From the NCBI GenBank assembly GCA_945861365.1, contig CAMAUH010000001.1, positions 1-47,241 on the forward strand: a stretch of 47,241 bases of DNA, given 5' to 3'. Under the pieces are notes generated by a model that saw only the letters and a program-made list of their open reading frames with translations, was not told where the DNA came from and ran no database searches. Positions 41,710 through 47,241 of the stretch are shown one piece after another (the first letter of the stretch is position 1; each line of letters opens with the position of its first letter). The translations under genes were made by a program, and so were the position numbers. This DNA comes from Candidatus Kuenenia stuttgartensis. GTDB taxonomy: Bacteria; Planctomycetota; UBA1135; UBA2386.

Positions 41710-43065
41710 ATGTACGCAAGAATCTGCATCCCCGTCCTGCTCTCCCTGCTGGCTGCTGAAGCCGCCGCCCAGACCCCGGCACAGTTGAAACAGGAACTGA
41801 AGACGCGCGAAGCAGCGGCAAAGAAGGATCCGGATGCGCTCTACGAGGTCGGCAAATGGGCAGCCGAGAAGTCCCTCGCGGCGGACGCAAAACGCCTCTA
41901 CCAGGCCGTTCTGAAGATCAAAGCCGACCACGCCGGGGCCAACGAGGGCCTCGGGAATGCTCTCGTCGACGGCAAGTGGTTGCCGGCGAAGGAGGCCGAA
42001 GCACTGCGGAAGAAGGCGCAGAGCGCCGAGTACGCAGCCAAGGGCCTGGTCGAAGTGGACGGTGTCTGGGTCGAGAAGGAGAAGGCCGCGGATGCGAAGC
42101 GCGGGGTCTTCCACCACGAAGGAAGCCTCGTCACCAAGGCCGAACTGATTGCGATGCAATCTGGCAAGGTGCGCCACCCCGAGACGGGAGAGCTCATCGA
42201 CGCAAAGCACGCGGACAAGGCAAAAGAGAAGTACTATCCGATCGGCGGCGACCGGTGGGGCGACCTCAAGGAAGCCGACACCTACCACAGTGACATCAAG
42301 CGCCCTTGGATCGTCCGCTCCAATCACTGCACGTTGATCAGCACCCTGGCACTGTCGAAGATCCTCGATCTGTGCACCATCGCGGACCTCGGCTATGAGA
42401 AGGTCGCACCGCTGCTGGGCACCGAGAAGCCGGCTGCCGACCATCGTCCCGTCGTCATCATCGCTTCGACGAACAGCGAGTACAGCGAGGAGTTCGGCAA
42501 ACCTCTCGGGGATGGCTCGGACGCCGCTGGCTCCTTCCTGGTCGCTGCCGGGCGCAAGGTCGGCGTGCCGTTCATCGGCGAAGTTCGCGCCGGCATCTGC
42601 GTCTACAACAAGGACTGGGTCGAGCGCTATGTGCGCCATGCGGCAGCGCTGGCCTATGCCAACTCGATCGCCGAGATGAACGGTGTCGAACTCCCGATGT
42701 GGCTGCTGCATGGCATCGCCGCCTTCACGTCGCGGTTCCAGAACGGCGAAGACGCGGGCTGGTTCGGCAAGCAGCACCTGCAGAAGGGCGGCGTGAAGAA
42801 CCTGAAGGGCTTCTTCGGAGCCTTCGCCATCAGCGGTGACGCCGAGCCGAAGGACAACGACGCCAACATCTACCAGGCAGGCCTGCTGGTGGCGTTCGCC
42901 GCCGGTGGCAGCGACCCCAAGGTCACCGAAGCGATGCAGGAAGTGACCGCGGCGATCACCGGCAAGGCCAAGGGCGCCGAAAAGGCCATCGCCAAGCTGC
43001 AGGCCGCGCTCACCGAGGCCGAGCCCAAGATCGTGGCCTTCCTGCAGCAGCTGGCGGCCAAGTAG
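41710..43065 (+). CDS. Secreted protein; the C-terminal half resembles an MA-clan peptidase fold with a degenerate active site
   Basis: Signal peptide MYARICIPVLLSLLAAEAAAQ. Repeated VDGKWL / VDGVWV motifs. YVRHAAALAYANSIAEMNGVELPMWLLHGIAAF aligns by eye with HELVHELL...LLPRWFHEGLAQC of the 30295..31380 product but lacks HExxH and the Glu. Confidence 0.55.
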   Translation: MYARICIPVLLSLLAAEAAAQTPAQLKQELKTREAAAKKDPDALYEVGKWAAEKSLAADAKRLYQAVLKIKADHAGANEGLGNALVDGKWLPAKEAEALRKKAQSAEYAAKGLVEVDGVWVEKEKAADAKRGVFHHEGSLVTKAELIAMQSGKVRHPETGELIDAKHADKAKEKYYPIGGDRWGDLKEADTYHSDIKRPWIVRSNHCTLISTLALSKILDLCTIADLGYEKVAPLLGTEKPAADHRPVVIIASTNSEYSEEFGKPLGDGSDAAGSFLVAAGRKVGVPFIGEVRAGICVYNKDWVERYVRHAAALAYANSIAEMNGVELPMWLLHGIAAFTSRFQNGEDAGWFGKQHLQKGGVKNLKGFFGAFAISGDAEPKDNDANIYQAGLLVAFAAGGSDPKVTEAMQEVTAAITGKAKGAEKAIAKLQAALTEAEPKIVAFLQQLAAK

Positions 43066-43164
43066 CTGCAGCCCTTGCAACAGGTTCGCGACAAGCCAGT
43101 CCACAAGCACCGTCGCGCCGTGGACCCTGGCGTTCCGTCAGGTTCTGCACCCCAAAGCATTCCC

Positions 43165-45033
43165 ATGAAGCTCTCTCTCGCCCGCTCCCTGGCATCGCTG
43201 CTACTGGTCGCGACCCCGCTCGCCGCCCAGACCTCGATTCTGCCCTATCTGCCGAAGGACACCTTGATGGCCATCTCGGTGCCGGACCTGAACGGCTCGA
43301 TGGCCGACTTCGGTTCGATGCCCTTGGCCAAGATGTGGGCCGAGGACGACGTGCAGGCCTTCTTTGCCGACGTGAAGAAGATGGTCGGCAAGCAGATCGA
43401 GCAGGGCATGGCGCAAGCCAAGGAGATGCAGGCGCAGGGGGCGCTGCCGTTCGATCCGGAGGAACTGCTGAAGCTCCGGATGCAGGGCATGACCTTCGCA
43501 CTGACGCACCTGGAGATGAAGGCTGGCGACTTCGGCCCGGCCCCCAAGTTCGGGATGGTCATGCACATGGACTTCGGTCCGTCGGCTGAGACCTGGACCA
43601 AGCTGGTGCAGACCGGGCTCGGCATGCTGGAGGCACAGGCCGGGGAGAACCTGACCAAGAAGGAGAGCAAGGTCGGCGAAATCACGATCCACTCCTTCCA
43701 GCCGAACACCGCCGAAGGCCTCGAGATGAGCCTCAACGTGGCGATGGTCCCGGGCGGCATGCTGATCGGCACGCTGACCGACGAGGTCACCGGCATCTGC
43801 GAAGCCATGCAGAAGAAGACGCCGATGCTGGGTGCTTCGGCGCAGTACCAGGCCACGGCCAAGCGCCTGAACACGCCCGGCTCGGAGTTCGAGGTCTTCA
43901 TGCGCCTCGACCCGATGGTCGACTTCGGGATCAGCTTCCTGCGCATGGCCCTCGAGCAGGGTGGCGTCGAAGGCGTCGACATGGCCGGCATCGAACGCGC
44001 GATCGACGCGATGGGTTGGCGCAAGCTCGGCACCATGGCTGCAAGCAGCAGCTACGTCGATGGCAAGTGCGTCACGCGCAGCTTCCACACACCGGGCACC
44101 GAAGTAGCCACTGCAGCGCCGAAGCTGATCGACACCAAGTTCCTGAAGTGGGTCCCGAAGGACGCGGTCGGCTTCAGTGCGAGCACGATGGACGTCATGA
44201 GTGTCCACGACACGCTGATGCGCGGCCTGGATGCCTACGACGCCGAGTTCGCCAAGCAGGTGAAGGGCCAGATCGAGGAGATGGAGAAGCAACTCGGCTT
44301 CAGCATCCGCAACGATCTCTTCGGCGCCTTCGGTGACCACTACATCTACTGGTCGATGCCCTTGGGCTCGATCGCCGCACCGCCCGAGCTGGCCGTTCTC
44401 GTCAAAGTCACCGACGACACCAAGATCGTGACGGTGCTGAAGGGGTTGGCCAAGATCAGCAACGGCATGCTCGAGATCGAAGAGGGCGAGAAGCGCGGCC
44501 TCAAGGCGTGGACGGTCAAGGTCAACTTCGACCCGACGCAGGGCATGGGCGGCTTCAACATCTTCGATGTCGTGCAGCCGACCTTCTCCTTCAAGAACGG
44601 CTACATGGTCGTCGGCATGTCGCCGAGCGACGTGAAGCGCGTCTTCCAGCGTCTGGATCGCGAAGACGACCCGAAGAACGACATCCGCGGCAACAAGGAG
44701 TTCGCGGCGATCGCCAACGCCATCCCTGCTGGCGTGCAGAGCCTCTCCTTCACCGATTGGAAGTCGGATTTCGAGAGCATGTACCAGATCGCCACCGGCC
44801 TGCTCGCGGTGGTGCCGATCGGCGAGGACGTGCCGATCAACACCCAGCTGCTGCCGGATGCGAGCGTGTTGACCAAGCACCTGTTCGCCTCGGTCAGCTA
44901 CACCAAGTCCGATGCAACCGGGACCGAGTCGATCACGACGAGCCCGTTCGGGCCGGAAGTCGGCCTGCTGTTCGGCGCTGCACTCGGTGCGGCCGGCGCC
45001 GTGCTCGGCATCAGCGCTCGTCGCAACTTCTGA
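43165..45033 (+). CDS. Secreted hypothetical protein with a C-terminal PEP-CTERM-like hydrophobic tail
   Basis: ORF 43075..45033. ATG 43165 gives MKLSLARSLASLLLVATPLAAQ. The composition is K/D/E/M/F-balanced, unlike the antisense ORF. C-terminus: SPFGPEVGLLFGAALGAAGAVLGISARRNF. Confidence 0.6.
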   Translation: MKLSLARSLASLLLVATPLAAQTSILPYLPKDTLMAISVPDLNGSMADFGSMPLAKMWAEDDVQAFFADVKKMVGKQIEQGMAQAKEMQAQGALPFDPEELLKLRMQGMTFALTHLEMKAGDFGPAPKFGMVMHMDFGPSAETWTKLVQTGLGMLEAQAGENLTKKESKVGEITIHSFQPNTAEGLEMSLNVAMVPGGMLIGTLTDEVTGICEAMQKKTPMLGASAQYQATAKRLNTPGSEFEVFMRLDPMVDFGISFLRMALEQGGVEGVDMAGIERAIDAMGWRKLGTMAASSSYVDGKCVTRSFHTPGTEVATAAPKLIDTKFLKWVPKDAVGFSASTMDVMSVHDTLMRGLDAYDAEFAKQVKGQIEEMEKQLGFSIRNDLFGAFGDHYIYWSMPLGSIAAPPELAVLVKVTDDTKIVTVLKGLAKISNGMLEIEEGEKRGLKAWTVKVNFDPTQGMGGFNIFDVVQPTFSFKNGYMVVGMSPSDVKRVFQRLDREDDPKNDIRGNKEFAAIANAIPAGVQSLSFTDWKSDFESMYQIATGLLAVVPIGEDVPINTQLLPDASVLTKHLFASVSYTKSDATGTESITTSPFGPEVGLLFGAALGAAGAVLGISARRNF

Positions 45034-45044
45034 TGCGGAAGTCT

Positions 45045-45082
45045 GGCGACTACCTCGACAGACCGATCTCGAGGTAGTCGCC
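45045..45082. terminator. 14-bp perfect inverted repeat; candidate bidirectional terminator overlapping the hemW stop
   Basis: GGCGACTACCTCGA (45045..45058), loop cagaccgatc, TCGAGGTAGTCGCC (45069..45082). Lies between the convergent 43165..45033 gene and hemW. Confidence 0.55.
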
Positions 45083-46216
45083 GCCGACCCGATCCGCCAG
45101 CAGCAGGCCGGTCGCGGTGAGGCGGATCCTGGAACCATCGTTCTGGATCCAACCAGCTCGCACGTGCTGCTCGGTGACGGCAGTGGCAAGTCCTGCGTCG
45201 ACACCGATCCGCTGCGCAGCAGCACCGACATCAAGGCCATCGCGGCGGCGGATGCCGAGCCAGATGGCTTCGGCAAACCGCTGAGCAGGCCGCAGCGTCT
45301 CGGCTGAAGCGCTCGCCGGTTGCCCGGCGAGCAGCGCATTGGCCCAGGCCTCCACGGCCTTCAGGTTCGTGGACCGGACCCCAGCGCGATGGCTCGAGGC
45401 TCCCGGACCGACCCCCACGTAGTCACCCTGCAGCCAGTAGTGGTCGTTGTGTCGCGACGGGCCGCCACGCCCTGCGAAGTTGCTGACTTCGTAGGCATCG
45501 AACCCGGCAGCCAGAAGGCGTTCGCGGGTGTGCAGGAACATGGCGCGATCCACTTCCTCGTCGTTCGGCTCGACTTTGCCTTGCTGTAGATCGCGATGCA
45601 GCCGCGTACCGGGCTCGAACGTGAGGTTGTAGCAGGAGAGGTGATCGGGCCCGAACGCGAGCGCGCGCTCGAGGTCGTCGGCCCACTCACCTGCCGTCTC
45701 ACCGGGAATGCCGAAGATCAGGTCGATGCTGACGTTCGTGTGCCCTGCCGCGCGCAAGGCAGCGAACGCACTCGCGGCCTTCTCCGCCGAATGCGCACGA
45801 TCGAGGAAGCGCAGATGCCTGGCCTGGAACGACTGCACGCCCATGCTCATGCGGTTGACGCCGCGCGCCCTCGCCAGCCGCGCCTTCTCCTCGGTCAAGC
45901 TCTCCGGATTGGCCTCCATCGTGACCTCCGCGCAGTCGCGCAGCGGCACGGCCTGTTCCAGGATGTCGAAGAATCGCTCCAGCCGCTCCGGATCCAGCAA
46001 GCTCGGCGTTCCGCCGCCGATGAACACCGAGACGGGGGGGCCGAACCGCCATTCGCGTCGCAGCTCGATCGCCAGCGCGTCGAGGAACAGGTCATGAACC
46101 GTGCGGTCCTCGACGACGTACGAATTGAAGTCGCAGTAGCCGCACTTCACGACGCAGAACGGCACGTGCACGTAGAGCGACGTGCCGGAGCCGGATGCGT
46201 TCGTGGCGGACTTCAC
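45050..46216 (-). CDS. hemW: Radical SAM heme chaperone HemW (HemN-like, oxygen-independent coproporphyrinogen oxidase family)
   Basis: LYVHVPFCVVKCGYCDFNS (CxxxCxxC), GGGTPS, and the HemN C-terminal domain. Confidence 0.88.
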   Translation of the reverse strand: MKSATNASGSGTSLYVHVPFCVVKCGYCDFNSYVVEDRTVHDLFLDALAIELRREWRFGPPVSVFIGGGTPSLLDPERLERFFDILEQAVPLRDCAEVTMEANPESLTEEKARLARARGVNRMSMGVQSFQARHLRFLDRAHSAEKAASAFAALRAAGHTNVSIDLIFGIPGETAGEWADDLERALAFGPDHLSCYNLTFEPGTRLHRDLQQGKVEPNDEEVDRAMFLHTRERLLAAGFDAYEVSNFAGRGGPSRHNDHYWLQGDYVGVGPGASSHRAGVRSTNLKAVEAWANALLAGQPASASAETLRPAQRFAEAIWLGIRRRDGLDVGAAAQRIGVDAGLATAVTEQHVRAGWIQNDGSRIRLTATGLLLADRVGGDYLEIGLSR

Positions 46217-46247
46217 CAGCGCACCGTAGACGCTGGCGGTGGCCGGA

Positions 46248-47108
46248 TCACGCTTCGCGAACGACCCGCTTGCTGCGTCGCACCGTCGTTCGTTCCTCGC
46301 CGAACTCTCGCGACATGACGTCGCCCAGCTTCTCGAGCGCCTGCTGCTCCATCTGCCGGACCCGCTCCCGCGTCAACCCGAAGCGCTTGCCGATCGCCTT
46401 CAGCGTCATCGGTTCGCCCGTGCCGATGCCGAAGCGCAGCTTCAGGATGCGGGCCTCGCGCGCCTCCATGCGATCGAGCAGCTCACGCAACCGCGCCAAC
46501 TCCATCGCCGACAGGATCGTGTCCTCCGGGGACGGACTGCGCGTGTCCTCGATCGTCTCCGCGAACGCCGCCGCCGCGTCGTCGCTCATCGAGTGCGTCG
46601 GCTGCGAGTTGGCCTGCACGGTCTCGCGCACCAGGTTCCAGTTGTTCTCGGGCAGATCGAGCTGCTCCGCGATCTCGGCCGTGGTCGCTTGCCGCCCGAG
46701 CCGGTAACCGAGCTCCATCGCGGTCGCCTTCCAGCGCGACACGATCTCGGACATGTAGCTCGGCACGCGCACGGTCTTCACCGAGTTGACCAGTGAGCGG
46801 CGGATGCCTTGCTTGATCCACCAGGTCGCGTAGGTCGAGAAGCGGCAGCCCGCCTTCGGGTCGAACTTCTCGACCGCGCGCATCAGGCCGATGTTGCCCT
46901 CCTCGATGAGGTCGAGGAACGCGAGGCCGCGGTTCACGTAGTTCTTGGCGATGGACACGACCAGGCGCAGATTGGCCCGGATCATGTGTTCGCGAGCCGA
47001 AAGGTCGCCCCGCTGGATGCGTTTGGCGAGGTCGATCTCCTGCTCCGCCGTCAACAGCGGCACTTCGTTGATGTCCGCCAGGTAGGTATCTAGCGCTTGG
47101 TCGCGCAT
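46248..47108 (-). CDS. RNA polymerase sigma-70 family factor (RpoD-like regions 2-4, short form without region 1.1)
   Basis: [76 protein letters not shown], and region 4 [26 protein letters not shown]. Confidence 0.9.
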   Translation of the reverse strand: MRDQALDTYLADINEVPLLTAEQEIDLAKRIQRGDLSAREHMIRANLRLVVSIAKNYVNRGLAFLDLIEEGNIGLMRAVEKFDPKAGCRFSTYATWWIKQGIRRSLVNSVKTVRVPSYMSEIVSRWKATAMELGYRLGRQATTAEIAEQLDLPENNWNLVRETVQANSQPTHSMSDDAAAAFAETIEDTRSPSPEDTILSAMELARLRELLDRMEAREARILKLRFGIGTGEPMTLKAIGKRFGLTRERVRQMEQQALEKLGDVMSREFGEERTTVRRSKRVVREA

Positions 47109-47135
47109 GGCAATCTCCGTCGTGTGGTGATTGCC
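47109..47135 (-). promoter_or_regulatory. Hairpin abutting the sigma-factor start codon and overlapping its Shine-Dalgarno
   Basis: mRNA sense: GGCAATC-ACCACACGACGGA-GATTGCC-AUG. The GGAGA spans the loop/stem junction. 7-bp stem. Confidence 0.35.
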
Positions 47136-47241
47136 GAGCTATCGACGCGTTCGGTCGACTCCTTCGCTGACGCGCTCGAGGTTGCCCAGGAACGAGACGT
47201 CTCGGACGTTTCAGAAGACGCTCGAATGCACGTACGGCACG

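Noticed and set aside
36700-45040. The GC trough as an integrated mobile element or plasmid.
   Set aside because: No integrase, recombinase, replication gene, tRNA target or flanking direct repeats are visible in the window. I report it only as a compositional anomaly.
41638-45339. Minus-strand ORFs 41638..43110 (490 aa) and 43201..45339 (712 aa) antisense to the two secreted-protein genes.
   Set aside because: They show antisense-type composition (Leu/Arg/Gly/His/Asp-rich, no signal peptides or motifs). The plus-strand frames have signal peptides and balanced K/D/E/F/M content.

Overview
High-GC bacterial chromosomal window that is densely coding. I call 36 CDS and find no rRNA, tRNA, CRISPR array, transposase or integrase. 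Spot counts of single 60-nt lines give about 70-72% GC on the left and about 57-63% between ~36.7 and 45 kb.

The protein content looks like a Planctomycetota/PVC-type genome: BatA_N/VWA membrane proteins, secreted QW-repeat toroid proteins, NPCBM, HEAT plus propeller, many lipoproteins and signal peptides. The taxon cannot be proven from this window.

The left 21.5 kb is one minus-strand block of 15 tightly coupled genes.
- Gene order: TPR/PQQ-like propeller, two QW toroid paralogs, two 2-TM VWA proteins, a large 2-TM membrane protein, a 662-aa coiled-coil protein with a KAGEP repeat, a TPR-like protein, an NPCBM protein, one intact HtrA protease, two HtrA paralogs with all three triad residues replaced, and a BtuF/FecCD-type ABC importer.
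- It resembles a Bat (aerotolerance-like) cluster but has no MoxR ATPase or DUF58 gene. It is my main candidate for an undescribed envelope system.

The remainder encodes:
- a divergent HEAT + beta-module + 40-aa-blade propeller protein;
- a LemA / TPR-like / M48 peptidase module;
- dapF coupled to a beta-CASP MBL ribonuclease, and a Bor-like lipoprotein;
- an MA-clan peptidase lipoprotein;
- an acidic Pro/Ala/Glu-rich membrane-anchored protein;
- a PIG-L deacetylase / metallophosphoesterase / 6-TM operon;
- parA-parB with a parS site inside parB;
- a membrane-anchored cyclophilin and an HNH endonuclease;
- two secreted proteins, one a likely degenerate MA-peptidase fold and one with a PEP-CTERM-like tail;
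- hemW and a short sigma-70 factor.

Many long ORFs in the track are antisense or out-of-frame artefacts of the GC content and were rejected. All family calls rest on motifs read by eye; no database search was possible.
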